From Eledone cirrhosa (Eukaryota): a stretch of 64,000 nt of DNA. The notes beneath the pieces were generated by a model that did no database searches, had not been told where the DNA came from, and worked only from the letters and a program-made list of their open reading frames with translations. Both the position numbers and the translations under genes were made by a program. The DNA lies in assembly GCA_964016885.1 (NCBI GenBank), contig OZ024748.1:26040001-26104000 (forward strand), read 5' to 3'. Positions 27,113 through 46,000 of this stretch are shown one piece after another. Position 1 is the stretch's first letter; every line of letters starts with the position of its first letter.

Positions 27113-29074
27113 GTACAGCGCTCAGGTGCATTATAACTTGTTAAAATCGCTATCAACTACCATATATATAGACAGAAAGAGAGAGAGATTGTGTGTGTGA
27201 GGATATGAAGAGATAGATACAGATAGCTAGATAGAGTGACTGTGACAGATATAAATATATATATACTAAAATTTTTGTTTTCACACGCTTCAGCCGCGCG
27301 TTGTGCTGCTACCACTGTTGTTATGACTACCTCATACTACTCTCTCTCTATGTCTGATATATGAAATTGCAGATGATCATACATTTATATGTATAAATAT
27401 AATCATGCGAAAACAGTCACACTTACTGGCACGCATTCACACATTCTTAAGTGGTAATAGGTATTTTTATCGCTATATCATATTGATTATATATCATTAT
27501 ATATTACGCCATTTTGTTTCTGTGTGTCAGACAGAACAAAGGAGAGAACAAAGGAGAGGTACAAAAGACAGAACAAAGGAGTGGCACAAAAACAAAGAAA
27601 AGAATCCCCAGTCACTGAAGAGGTCACAGAATGTGTGACGAAAGAACTTTGACAATATATAAACAACTATCTGGTTGTGGAACCAACCAACCAGAAATTT
27701 ATAAATTCCTAAATTTATAAATTTATAATAAATTGAAGTGAAAGCAACTGGTGCGTGTGTTTCTTATTGGCAACATGACCCTCCCAAAGTATAACAATAT
27801 ATATATATATATGTAAGAAAAAGAAGAAAGTAATATTTATATACCTATATATAGAGATGGGTACTGATGTTATAGTTGTTGTATCAGTTACAGGTGGTGG
27901 TTTTGGAACTGTACTACTACTGCCAGCACTTCCACCACTACTGCTACCATCACCACCACTACCACCACTTCTATTACTACCATTATCACTAGTGATACCA
28001 GCACCACTACCAATCAACTTAAACTTAATATACCAGATTGAATCTTAAATATGAGAATTTACTTACCTTACAGCATAAAACAGAAACTGGTTGAATTTAT
28101 ATAAAATTAGAATTAATTCTTCTAGGTTTGTTTTTACTATATGCTATTCTGTTAACCCTTTAGCATTTAAACCGGCTGTATCCGGCCAGAACTCTCTCAC
28201 CTCCTTCTGTTCAAACAGGCTGTAACCGGCCACTCATACTGAAAAATCTCATAGATTCGATATTATGTGAGATACTGATGTGAGGCAAAGTATTTACCTT
28301 GAAAATACAACAGTAAATATAGAGTAATGTAAATGTTAAAGGGTTACACACCAAAATACAATGGAGTCAGAGGCTGGTTGACTGGTTAAGAAGTTTGTTT
28401 TGTAACTCTTAAGTCCTGGGTTCAGTTTCATTGTGTGGCATCTTGGGCAAGTGTCATTTACCATAGCTTCAGGTCAACCCATGTCCTGTGAGTGAAATAT
28501 TGACCTTGAATATAAACCGCCCACATTTCACCACAATTATTTTGTCACATATTTCTTGGCTTATATACGAGTATATACAGTACATTAAAGGAACGTGTCT
28601 GTGGAATGCTCAGTCACTTACCCATTAATTTCATGAGCAAGTCCTGTTGTATGAACAACTGGAACAATCATTGTTGCAAAAGAGGAAGGTCAATTTCTAA
28701 TCTTTAATTAATGACCAGCTAATTATAAAATCAAATCATTGTAATTGTGATCTTCAACACAGAACTTATAACCCTTCCTTGTTTCTGTTTGGTAAAACAG
28801 GTTTTTTTACTTTTTTTACGGGTTCAATGGAAGAGATTTCAACTGAAATTCTGTAGCTTAACAAAAACCTTTCCTGTTCAAACTAGCATTGGAAAATGGG
28901 TGTAACTGCCTACACACATTCACACATATGTTCACACACATACACACATGTCCACACACATTCACACATACATATACACATATACATACACATGGTCACA
29001 CACACACACACTCATGCATACACAGTCAGTTCATGTCAATGTTGGTATAAGTATTTGTAGTAAGGCATGTTATT

Positions 29075-29640
29075 ACTCCTTGAACCTCCTTAGTATTGGT
29101 GAGCTACACAATAAAAACACCCTGTACACCCTGTAAAGTGGTTGGTGAGAGGAAGGACATACAACTGTTGGAAGCTTGCCAAACAAAGCAAACAAAGGGT
29201 TGGGAGGACCCTTCAGCTGTATCAGAGACATGACAACATCTCTAGTGTTGGTGATCTATAGGATAAACACCCAGTACACTCTGTAAAGTGATTGCTGATA
29301 AGAAGGACATACAGCCATAGAAAACCTGTTAAACAAAGGGTTGAGAATAGCTGTCAGTTGTGTCAAAGACATGGCAACTTCCCTAGTTTTGGTGATCTAC
29401 ATGATAAATGTACACAGTACACACTGTAAAGTGGTGGGTGATAGGAAGGGCCATAGCCATAGCAAGCTTGTCAAACAAAGGGTTGGGAGAACCCTTTGGT
29501 TATGTCAGCGACTTGACAACCTCCTTATTGTAAAGTGGTTGGTGATAGGAAGGGCATCGAGCCATAGAAAACCTGCCAGTCAAAGTGTTGGGACCATTCA
29601 GTTGTATCAGAGACATAATATCCTCCCTAGCACTGGATCT
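29075..29640 (+). repeat. Degenerate tandem copies (~3-4) of a SINE/LINE-tail-derived unit
   Basis: Recurrent ctgtaaagtggttggtgataggaaggg...gccatagaaa...caaacaaagggttggg. Confidence 0.6.
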
Positions 29641-30176
29641 CATGATAAACTGCACTTGATAGTGTTCTGGATTTTATGTAAGTGAAATATAGCTTCTACA
29701 GATCTGTATTTAAAACAGATGTAATCATCTCTATACAGTATTGCATCACACCTTTTACATATGCCTCATTTAGTCTGCCTTTCATACAGAGAGAGATAAG
29801 AATGCTTTGTTGTTGATAAAGATATCAACTCTGTGAATTTCTTTTATCTACTAACTCTAGTTATTTTACTTGGACTGAACAAATCAATGGAAAAAATTTA
29901 CCTTTGCTCTCATGGATGAAATGATGTACGTGAACAAATCAATATATAAAGTGAGAAAGGCATACAGTAATGAAATAACTAGTTTATCTCAAATAATTCA
30001 CTATATACGATTTATACACATTAACCTTTGTTTATATTGGCATTTCTTATTCCTTTCTGATGAAAGACACTGCCTATGTTTTTCAAATTATCAAGAATTT
30101 GGAGGAATTTAGTAATAAAACAAACTTCCTGATTATTAAACTGCTGTTTGGAACAAAGGTTCTTACATTATTATGA

Positions 30177-30465
30177 TTGGCAGTATCAGTAGAGTATTGG
30201 ACAACATGCTTTGCAGTATTGAGTTACAGCCCTCTACATTCTGAGTTCAAATCTTTGAGGTTAACTTTGCCTTTCATCCTTATGATTTAATCAACTTTCC
30301 TCTTCTCCAAAATTGCTGGCTTTGTGATATAGAGTTACAGCCCTCTATGTTCTGAGTTAAAATCCCGCTGAGGTTAGCTTCGCCTTTCATCCTTGCAGAA
30401 TCAATAAAATAATTTTTATCTTTCCCTTCAAATTGCTGGCTTTGTGCCAAAAGTAGAAACAATTA
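30177..30465 (+). mobile_element. SINE with internal duplication
   Basis: Two gagttacagccctcta...ttgcctttcatcctt segments. Confidence 0.65.
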
Positions 30466-31509
30466 TTATGATGATAAGAATAGACAGTTTTCTATGATAA
30501 AAAGCAGGAGTGGTTTCAGACAGATGGGAATGAAAAAGGTTACACAATCAGCTGCATAGTAAGTATATAACAGAAGCTGTCATTACAGCTATTCTAGTTG
30601 TGTAACAATCTGAAGAAAGGTGGATGCTAGAAGTTTACATTTTACTTCATAGTCAGTGAACAACTAACTAATGACTATTTCTAGCTTAACACAGTTGTCA
30701 CGTACACAATATATAAAGTACTTTAAAATAAATAAATAAATGAGCTTATTTAATTAGAGATGACATCCGCTTAAAAACGAAAGTGTTAACATCTTTAATC
30801 TAGTGACTATTGAAAATCTAATTAAAAATATTTGTGCAGCCAGAGAAAGTAAACCTCATTTCATTGCATAAGTATTAGCTAATTTGATTTTTAAAAAATG
30901 CTTACCACATTAGATGAATGTGGTGCTGGTGAAATGTCAGATAGAATGCTGCATGGTATTTGTTTTGGCTCTCTGTGTTCTGAGCTCAAATCCCACCAAG
31001 GTCAACTTTTCTTTTTATACTTTCGATATCGATAAATATACTGCCAGTATAGAGGTTGACTCTTTCCCTATCACACTCTCTCCTCTTCTTCTTCTCCGGA
31101 AGAAATTGTGTTTGAAATAAAAAAATACTCCCAAACAGTAACATATATAATTATTATCCGACAAACACTCTTTAATTAGGTTATTTAACTAAGGGTATTA
31201 GTTGTATTAGCTACTCACGAAAACAAAAACCAAAGCCCACTGTATCCATATAATTAAAAGGTACATGTCACATCCAGCAGAAGAGCCAGCTGCTGTCTTC
31301 TAAATAAAAATAATGGATTAAAAAAATAATTAATGTAAATGAAGCTCAACTTATGGAAATTTGCTGATGTTATCACAAAACAACCACCAAATAAAATATA
31401 TATATTATATATTTATTAAAATAACAGATTATATATATTTATCCTTATTGAGCTCTCTTTGGATTTTAGTCTTCACATTTATTATTACTATATATATATA
31501 TAAAATATA

Positions 31510-37810
<6,301 letters not shown>

Positions 37811-37812
<2 letters not shown>

Positions 37813-38161
37813 TATTCATATATATATCGCTATTTCAGAGCATTTATTCCAATTTCTAATTTCTGCCGGACCGGCAACCGCTCTTTCAAACCAGTTCCTG
37901 TACACAGCTAAGTATTCTATAAGTCTCTAGCTGTGTCATTCTCGATAAAAGCACTGGATATGTAGTCCTGATGAATTCTAACAAGAATGAAACGCGTAGA
38001 TTACTTCCCTTGCTTTTATCGAGAATCTAATTGTAATACGTGACGTATTCTATTCTATAGCGATTAGGTCTTCAAAATGTTTATTATAAACATACAGAAT
38101 ATTTTCGAATATTCTATGTCTATATTCATATATATATCGCTATTTCAGAGCATTTATTCCA

Positions 38162-38165
<4 letters not shown>
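37811..38165 (+). mobile_element. Inverted ~1.15-unit copy of the 310-bp repeat capping the array
   Basis: Reverse complement of the unit; 2-bp TA overlap at the junction; followed by (TA)n 38166-38212. Confidence 0.92.
37962..38004 (+). ncRNA. Hammerhead ribozyme in the inverted copy
   Basis: gtagtc CTGATGA attct aaca agaat GAAA cgc GTA gattac read directly on +. Confidence 0.88.
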
Positions 38166-38212
<47 letters not shown>

Positions 38213-38216
<4 letters not shown>

Positions 38217-38360
38217 AAAAGGGAAGGATAACATGAAAGGTCGGCTGTACAAAAAGGATTTTATTTCCATTTTAAACAATTGTTTCATTGATAAAGGCCG
38301 CTAACCACTCGACCTTAAATAAAGTTTGTGTCACTAATCAAATCATCGGAATATATATAA
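38213..38360 (-). mobile_element. PLE pLTR relic (family of 57515-58070) with variant hammerhead core CCGATGA...GAAACAATTGTT
   Basis: Shares aacatg..gtacaaaaagg.ttttatttcca...aacaattgtttcattgat with 57535-57587. Confidence 0.6.
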
Positions 38361-38494
38361 TATAGATATTATAAATCATCATCATTTTACATCCGCTTTT
38401 CCCTGTTTGCAAGTGGTGCCCCAGCATCGCCTCAGCCGGATGGCTGGAACAGGTAAAAGAGTAAAAGAATAATATATATATATATATATATCTT

Positions 38495-39130
38495 GCTAAA
38501 AGCCTGAAGCTTGTCCCCTTCAACAACAATGCAACACACCAGCTGTAGTTTATGAAGTTGTGAACACTTCCAACCGACCAAATCAACAACAGGAGGTCAA
38601 ATCCTGTGTGTATGGCAGAGGGCCAGTTCAAGGAACACTTCCTGAACCATCAGTCGACCTTTAGGTACCCGGACAAACGATCATCCACAAAGCTCGCAAG
38701 CCACGTATGGTCCCTCAAAGACTCAGGTATAGACTACTCCATTCAATGGAAAGTCATCACTAAGTCATCGCAAGGGGTAATCCATCTTGTGGACTGTGTA
38801 TTGAAGAAAGGGTCAATATTCTAAGGAGATTACGCAATAGCGATTGCCTAAATTCAAGAAATGAACTTTTCTCACCTTGTCCACGTCTGGGAACATCTCT
38901 TGCATAACTACAAAGCTTCGGATTGAATAACATCAACATTCTAATAAACTTGAACAATTTATTTCAGACATTTGCAGTTATCTCCCTTACACCTTTCGAC
39001 TGGATTTTTATCGCTTGGGAGAAGTGACCGCTTTTGCGCATGCACATTCATACGTTGTTTCTCCTTTTACTGTTCTGTATAACCATTATCAGTCCGAGCT
39101 GAAGATCTACAAGGTGAAACAATTGTTTAT
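38495..39130 (+). mobile_element. Decayed PLE 3' fragment: GIY-YIG remnant plus hammerhead core at 39099-39128
   Basis: KPEACPLQQQC..VVYEV...FKEHFLNHQSTFRYPDKRSSTKLASHVWSLKDSGIDYSIQWKVI aligns by eye with the 697-aa ORF C-terminus; CTGAAGA-tctacaaggt-GAAA-caattg ends in (TA)n. Confidence 0.75.
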
Positions 39131-39164
39131 ATATATATAAATAAATATATATATATATATATAT

Positions 39165-39385
39165 AATATTTGAAGTATTTCCGTAGGAAAGGTAAAGGTA
39201 AAGAGAGTGCTCTATGTAGGCTACAGAGCTTTTTAGTTATGTAATAAACAACATAATATAATTATTTCTTTTACCAAACGTTTCATAAAGATAGACGAGC
39301 TTGTCATATATGTCTGCCTTCAATCGTCAGAAACCTTTGGTAAATGAAATAATTATCTTATGTTGTTTATTACATAACTATATAT
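39165..39385 (-). mobile_element. Short TA-flanked relic with degenerate hammerhead (39272-39342)
   Basis: - strand CTGACGA-ttgaaggcagac...gtctatctttat-GAAACG with flanking taccaaa/tttggta stem; cleavage-site region appears deleted. Confidence 0.5.
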
Positions 39386-39394
39386 ATAATATAT

Positions 39395-40032
39395 TATCAT
39401 CTTCATCATTTTACGTCCGCTTTTCCCTGCTTGCAAAGGTGGGACGGGTCCTATTCAGCACAGCATCTCCCCCCTTGTCACGGTCCTTCTTCATCTCCAC
39501 TGTGAGCTTCAGTGATCTGAGGTCTGCTCTCACCACCTCCGCCCATGTTTTATGTGGTCTACCTCTACCACGTCTTCCTTCAACTGGCATTTCCTGGCAC
39601 TTCTTCACCCATCGGTCATCCTCCATGCGCATCACATGTCCATACCATCGCATTCTCTTCTCTCGCACACTACAATCTATCCCTCTCAACACATCCACGA
39701 ACGACCGAGCATGGACGTGTTGAGAGAGAAACTGTGTTTGAGAGGGATAAATTGTAGTGTGCAGGAGGGGAGACTGTGATGGTATGGACATGTGATGCAC
39801 ATGGAGGATGACCGATGGGTGAAGAAGTGCCAGGAAATGCCAGTTGAAGGAAGATGTAGTAGAGGAAGACCACGAAAAACATGGGCGGAGGTGGTGAGAG
39901 CAGATCTCAGATTGCTGAAGCTCACGGTGGAGACGACGAAGGACCGTGACAAGTGGAGAGATGCTGTGCTGAATAGGATCCGTCCCACCCTTGCAAGCAG
40001 GGAAAAGCGGACGTAAGATGATGATGATGATG
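39395..40032. mobile_element. Two RTE LINE 3' ends joined head-to-head as a ~300-bp-arm imperfect palindrome
   Basis: WYGHVM.MEDDRWVKKCQEMPVEG..RGRP.KTWAEVVRADL on both strands; (GAT)n tails point outward. Confidence 0.9.
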
Positions 40033-40319
40033 CACATAGAGACTGGCTATGGTTTAGTATAGATACATCATATCCCTAAGTGTTGTAAAAACAAATTAAA
40101 AAGTTTGGTGTTGAGAAGAGCATCCAGCTGTAAAACATTACCGCATAATGTCCTGTCCAACCTAAAGTCTATGTAAATACAATGATGATGACTCTTATAA
40201 CCATACCTTTTCTAAGCATGACTTACTTTTTACACAACCTGTACACCGACTTTATTATAATAGTCATTACTAGCTGACCCCCATGAAAATCCCATGGTTT
40301 AACTACAAAGTATTAAAAA

Positions 40320-40424
40320 TCAATATGGTAGTTGTGGTGGTGGTGATGATGGAAGTGATGGTGGTGATGATGGAAGTGATGATGGTGGTGGTGTGGATGC
40401 TGACGACAACAATGATTATGCTGG

Positions 40425-40456
<32 letters not shown>

Positions 40457-40535
40457 GTGATGGTGGGGATGATGGCAATGGTGGTGGTGGTGATGGTGTT
40501 GATGATAACAACAAAAATGTGATGATGATGATGAC
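40320..40535. repeat. (GAT/GGT)n trinucleotide repeat
   Basis: Directly visible. Confidence 0.9.
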
Positions 40536-40863
40536 AATATATGAAATACAATATAATAAAAAGAAATATTTTATTTTATTTTATACATAATAAAAAAAGC
40601 TGTTCAGTATGTAGCTTTTATTTCCGATGAAACATTCAATATAAAATAAGGTCTGATGAGTAAATTAATCAGGGGAAATAGGAGAGTATGGCAGTGGGGG
40701 TATTTCAATAAAATAATTTAGTAAATTATTCAGTGATACTAATTATTATTATTATTATTGATTTACAAAATCAGCACATTTAAAAATGATTTCAAATTCA
40801 GGTTTTTTTTTGTTCATTTTAATGGGGTTAGAATCTGTTAGTTGAATCAGTACACAGCTTCCA

Positions 40864-40904
40864 TCAACCCATATTATAACGATTTCCATCACCACGACGA
40901 ATAT
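40864..40904 (-). CDS. IGBP1: IGBP1 (alpha4/TAP42, PP2A regulator) last coding exon
   Basis: ttttag|(D)IRRGDGNRYNMG*; human THPRGYGNRQNMG*; phase matches the 44109 donor. Confidence 0.9.
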
Positions 40905-41387
40905 CTAAAAAATTAGTAAAATAAAGAAAAATATTATAAAACATAGTAAATAACTAATAAAATTTCTAAAATATCAATTTTAAATACTTTTTAAATACAC
41001 AAGCAATCATATTTTCTCAAATTGAATTTTAAAAAAAATTGTTTTTTCCCATTTTTCCAATGCACAAGAAAGTAATTGAAGTAGTTAACTTAACTAGCAT
41101 TGGGAAAAAAATTGGAAATTTGTTCATCCCAATGCAAATGACCATAATAATAGCTGATCACTTATCTCAATTACTATTTGCTAGCAGAGACACTCAAGGT
41201 TGCCTGGGAATGAAAGTGTTTCTTCTATATTAGAAGAAAGCAAAACATGTTATAATAAATTCCATTTATTCTTCACTTGAGGTACATGATGAAATCAATT
41301 CTGAATTCATAATACAAAAATTAATAAAAAATGAAAAACAAAAACAAAATTTATCATTTTTGAGAGAGGAGATAATTTTATCACGTA

Positions 41388-41765
41388 TCATCATCATCAT
41401 TTTACGTCCGCTTTTCCCTGCTTGCAAGGGTGGGGGGTCTTATTCAGCACAGCATCTCTCCACTCGTCACGGTCCCTCGTCATCTCCACCGTGAGCTTCA
41501 ATGATCTGAGGTCTGTTCTCACCACCTCCGCCCATGTTTTTCGTGGTCTACCTCTACCACGTCTTCCTTCAACTGGCAATTCCTGGCACTTCTTCACCCA
41601 TCGGTCATCCTCCATGCGCATCACATGTCCATACCATCTCAGTCTCCTCTCCTGTACACTACATTCTATCCCTCTCAGACACAGTTTCTCTCTCAACACA
41701 TTTATGCTGGGTCGTTCACGCACATTTACACTGCACATCCAACGGAGCATGCTTGCCTCATTTCT
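41388..41765 (-). mobile_element. RTE LINE 3' end nested in the Helitron 3' region
   Basis: MLRWMCSVNVRER...RLRWYGHVMRME...RGRPRKTW; (GAT)n tail. Confidence 0.88.
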
Positions 41766-42881
41766 CTATGTTGAAGGAAATTACATAACAGCTTCTGGGT
41801 AAACAACATTCTTTGTTTTCTGGTTTGGAGCATGGACAAATAAGTCTTTTAATCTACCCAACCAACATAAAGTCAACCATGAGAAAAGCAAGACTCAATT
41901 AAGTGCAAGCCAGTAGATTTCAAAGTCTGACCATGAGCTTTATTGATAGACATTGAATTTAACAAAGCAAAGTCACACTGGGAATTGTGCTCGTTTGAAC
42001 TCAAATGGCATGTCCGTTGGTTTGGTTGGAATTCTTGGAATGAAAATATCTTCCCCAGAGGAGCATCCAGTGATGATGGTAGCTTCAATCACATTAGGTG
42101 ATAATGTCTTCACAATCAACCTTGTCCCATTGCATAATTTAAGAGGATCTAAATTTCTTAGAAGAATTATTGGGACTCCTACCTTCAGAAAAAGTTTATG
42201 TGGAGGAGCTCCAGGTGGCTCAAGAGAATTAAGAAACTCTGTTGGGTAGTGAACAGCTTGATTATCATCAAGGACTGAATCAACTGATTTGCACTCCTTA
42301 ATTGCTGTTGGAATCTTATTCATTAGCTCATGGTCAATTCTTGATGCTACAGCAAGTGTAATTCTTTTTTGTTGCCTTACCTTGGAGAGAAGCAATGTTG
42401 TTACCTGTGCTCCCTGGATCATCAAGAAAGAAAATTTCACCGCTTTTTTCTCTGATTGATGAAATGATTTCATCATATGCACAGCGTTGTTCTGGAAGAA
42501 GTTTAGGCTCATGTTCATTCACAAACGCAGCCATTTCTGTGATGTCATAATTTGTCTCTCTTGAAGTTAAAGCACTAACTTGACTAACTTTGTTTTTGGC
42601 AATCCAGAACCAGACTCTTGCAAATTTTTGCCTCCCATAGCCAAAACTTGATCCTCAATTTCAATCAGTGCTTGATTGAAAATTTCTTCAGAGAACTGAA
42701 TATTGATATCTGGGTTTGCCTGCTGAACTGCATACTTTAAGTCCTCAGCTATGTCCTCACGATGTTTCATCCAAAGCTGTAGGGGACTGCCAAGTTGACA
42801 CATGTTCAGCATAATTGCAAAAAGATTACTCAGAATCTGACACTGAGGTGCTTCCCAATGCTCATCATTTCCAAACAAATC

Positions 42882-43092
42882 GGGGCGGTGGATTGGCAGC
42901 GGATTGGGCGGTGGATTGGCAGTATCGGCAGAGGGTCGGACGCCATGCTTTCCAGCATAGTTACGTCCCTTTACGATCTGAGTTCAAATCCCGCCGAGGT
43001 TGACTTTGCCTTTCATCCTTACGGGGTCGATAAAATAAAGTACCAGTAATGCACTGGGTGATTGCTGGCCTTGTGCCTAAAGTAGAAACAAT
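42882..43092 (+). mobile_element. tRNA-derived SINE inserted in the Helitron
   Basis: Same family as 17191; flanked by an apparent target-site duplication atcatttccaaacaaatc (~42864 and ~43091). Confidence 0.85.
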
Positions 43093-44108
43093 CATTTCCA
43101 AACAAATCTTGATAGCATGCTTCCCTATAAGTTTCACACACATGACTATGACCCTCTCCAAATCTTGGAATCATTTGGGACCACGTACTTCAGCAAAAGG
43201 AACAGTAAGTAGTAGCATTCTGCTTGGCTTGGGTAGGCACTGTAAACTCTCGCAAAAGAATCATATTTCCTTTTGTGCCATTTATTGTTTCTCCAGGTGT
43301 AATACTTGGGTAATTCTAGGTAAAGGAATTTTCTTGCATCTTCATCTTCTTGACACAACTTAAAAAAGGCAGTAAAGGTAGTTTCTTTTGGTGAACGTGC
43401 TTGTTGCAAGGCTGTTTGTTTTGTAAAGATAACCCTTTGATCCATTCTTTAGATGGACACTCAGATGAATGATGGATTGGTGCCTCTCATGAATGGGAAA
43501 AATTGAAGATGCGCCAAAAAGCCTCATTTCTACTGATGTATCTTCCTCTCTCATACTGTGCAACTTCGTCATTTTTGTTTATCTGCTGATTGTCATCCTG
43601 CATAAGAGTGTATGTTGCAGCATCTAAACCTTTGTTTAGATATTTGCAAACATACTTAACAGAGTTGCAGAATTCAACATTGTTATGGCCTATGATATGG
43701 ACAGTAGGGTACAACCCACCAATTGTCAATGATGAATTCTTGGCCATTTCTCATTTTTTTTTTTTTTTTTCAAATTGAATCTACTCTGCCTAGGTTTTCT
43801 TTCCTTGTAAAGGGGATAGTCAGCTTCTCCAGTTTGGATTTCTTGTACAGGGGGGCGTGGGTAGTTCTTGGTACACTTATCATTCCTCATGCATGGGGTG
43901 GATGGATTAATTGAACCACAGGGCCCATGAATCATCTGGGACTTGACAATTTCATGCAGCAAAGGATCTTGCTGTGGATCAGGCAGTTCAGCTGAGATAA
44001 GTGAATCAATATCATCTGGCCAAAGTTTTTTTTAAATACCAATAAAACTAGAGTGCTGAGTTCAATACCAACTTAGAACTAAACAAATAAATAAAAGTGA
44101 CCACTAAC

Positions 44109-44254
44109 CATCTTTCCAATCATCCCATGATCGTGCTTTGGCCAAAGTTTCAGGATCATCGTTATCTAACTTCCCATCAGCTTCAGCCTCCTCTTTATCG
44201 ACAGAATTTGATTTCTCCTTTGGATCTGCAGCCCAGTTCTGTGAACTTTTACTT
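44109..44254 (-). CDS. IGBP1: IGBP1 exon
   Basis: ccag|SKSSQNW...DNDDPETLAKARSWDDWKD|gttag; TAP42 family WDDWKD motif. Confidence 0.93.
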
Positions 44255-44598
44255 CTGGTCAACAGAAAACAAGATTTACAACAAAGAATTAAATATTTAC
44301 ATTTTATAAACAACAACTGAAAATACACATTGACTTACTGCCACTGAATGTTAAATGTTGATGATGATGGTGATCTGATAATACTTAATAAGTAACAGAT
44401 AATGTTGCTTTAATAAAAATAACATTTGATTAGTAATAGGTGGTTGGTGATAGGTGATTACTAGTTTGGCAGGTCTTCTGAAATCAAATGGTTAGTAATT
44501 TGCTATTTTTTGGCAGCACCAAAATTTGTATATTATAAAAAATATTTTTCTAAATACATTTTACACACGGAATGTTGGTGTATTAAAAAAATTCTTAC

Positions 44599-44735
44599 GT
44601 TGGTATTTTTAATGTTCCTTCCTTTATCTTTTGATCGTAGAATTCCTCAATGGTTAAAGTTGGTAAACTAGGATAACCAGCTCCTAATACTTTCTTTTGT
44701 AGTTGATCTTTTGTTATGATAAAGGGCCGGAAAGA
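44599..44735 (-). CDS. IGBP1: IGBP1 exon
   Basis: gcag|[40 protein letters not shown]...|gtaag; human [27 protein letters not shown]. Confidence 0.95.
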
Positions 44736-45423
44736 CTGCAATGGAGAAATAAGTTAAATTATTCTAATTTGTAAAAGAAAACCACCAATGTTAACAAACT
44801 GATATTCTTTGAGATAAAATGTCACAGTTGAGCACTGGATGAAGCACAAAAATAACAAGTTGGTTCTGAAGGAGATGGGTAGAGAGAGGCAGGTAATTGT
44901 GTCCATAAGGATGCAATAGTTACAATAATTTGGCCATGTCAGATCCTCTGCATCCACGTCCTGGAGGACAATTTGATGGTAGGAGATCCAGAGAAAGACC
45001 AAAGGAGATGTTGGGGTGGTGACATAAATGACTGGACAAGAAGAACATTGGCCGATTGCACAGTAGTGGTGAGGGAGAGGGGCTAGTGAAGAACATTGGT
45101 GCTTGACCATCAGTAATGAGGGTGGGGTCGTGGTTAGGGTGAGAACCTAGTGGAGAATATTGGTGCAATTGTTCATGGTCCCCTGACCTACAGTAATGAG
45201 GGTGAGGCCGTGGTTAGGGAGAGAACCCAGTGGAGAACATTGGTGCAATTGTTCATGGTCCTCCGATCTTCAGTAATGAGGGTAGGAATAGAAAAAGAAA
45301 GAATATTTAATACACTATATCCCTGCATGTCATAAGAGGTGACTAAAAAGATTAGTGCCAGAAAATGTATCCAGCTGTAAAATATTGCCTTAAAAAGCAC
45401 CCCATGGTGAGTATGAAGTTAGT

Positions 45424-45890
45424 GTGGATTGGTTGTATTTTATCGTGGAACCAGCACCACCACTTTACAGTGTAGACTGGGTGCATTTTATTGTGGCACC
45501 AGCACTATCACTTTACAGTGTAGATTGGGTAAATTTTATTGTGGCACCAGCACTGTCACTTTACAGGGTGGACTGGGCGCATTTTATTGTGGTACCAGCA
45601 CTGTCACTTTACAGTGTAGATTGGGTAAATTTTATTGTGGTACCAGCACTATCACTTTACAGTGTAGACTGGGTGCATTTTATTGTGGCACCAGCACTAT
45701 CACTTTACAGTGTAGATTGGGTAAATTTTATTGTGGCACCAGCACCACCACTTTACAGGGTGGACTGAGTGCATTTTTCATGGCACCAGCACTATCACTT
45801 TACAGTGTAGACTGGGTGCATTTTATTGTAGTACCAGCACTATCACTTTACAGTGTAGATTGGGTAAATTTTATTGTGGCACCAGCATAA
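45424..45890. repeat. 48-bp minisatellite, ~10 copies
   Basis: Unit gtggcaccagcactatcactttacagtgtagattgggtaaattttatt. Confidence 0.92.
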
Positions 45891-45917
45891 TAATCTACAA
45901 CATCTAGCAAACCTTAC

Positions 45918-46000
45918 CTGTTTCTGAGATGGTTCTTTTTGTTGGTGTTGGCTGTGACTGTGTGCTAAGTTAGGTTTTTGTTCCAAGATTTGCAGTTCAA
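45918..46000 (-). CDS. IGBP1: IGBP1 exon
   Basis: ccag|(F)ELQILEQKPNLAHSHSQHQQKEPSQKQ|gtaagg; phases 1/0 fit both neighbours. Confidence 0.82.

Larger units (their letters stand above)
41181..44030 (-). mobile_element. Decayed Helitron (Rep-helicase pseudogene) in the last IGBP1 intron
   Basis: EIVKSQMIHGPCGSINPSTPCM, NVEFCNSVKYVCKYLNKG, PKETTFTAFF, PTEFLNSLEPPGAPPHKLFLKVGVPIILLRNLDPLKLCNGTRL, SINKAHGQTL, FSHG, TKNVVYPE* (41781); putative 3' end cccaggcaacc..ctgCTAG at 41181 is less certain. Confidence 0.88.

Noticed and set aside
27530-27700. Exon of a third gene in the intergenic region
   Set aside because: Acceptor-like site is followed by short purine-rich repeats and early stops; no recognisable protein.
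40270-40297. Hairpin + CTAG as the 3' end of the 41781-44030 Helitron
   Set aside because: The IGBP1 terminal exon (40864-40904) lies in between; 41181 is the more parsimonious end. It could be an unrelated relic.
40283-40590. Poly-His/Met/Thr/Ser/Pro ORFs (also 56744-57120, 60709-61049, 22193-22577, 27715-28048)
   Set aside because: Trinucleotide repeats open in several frames, intronic or intergenic, with no splice or homology support.
45424-45890. ORFs with 16-aa repeats
   Set aside because: Consequence of a 48-bp minisatellite antisense in an IGBP1 intron.
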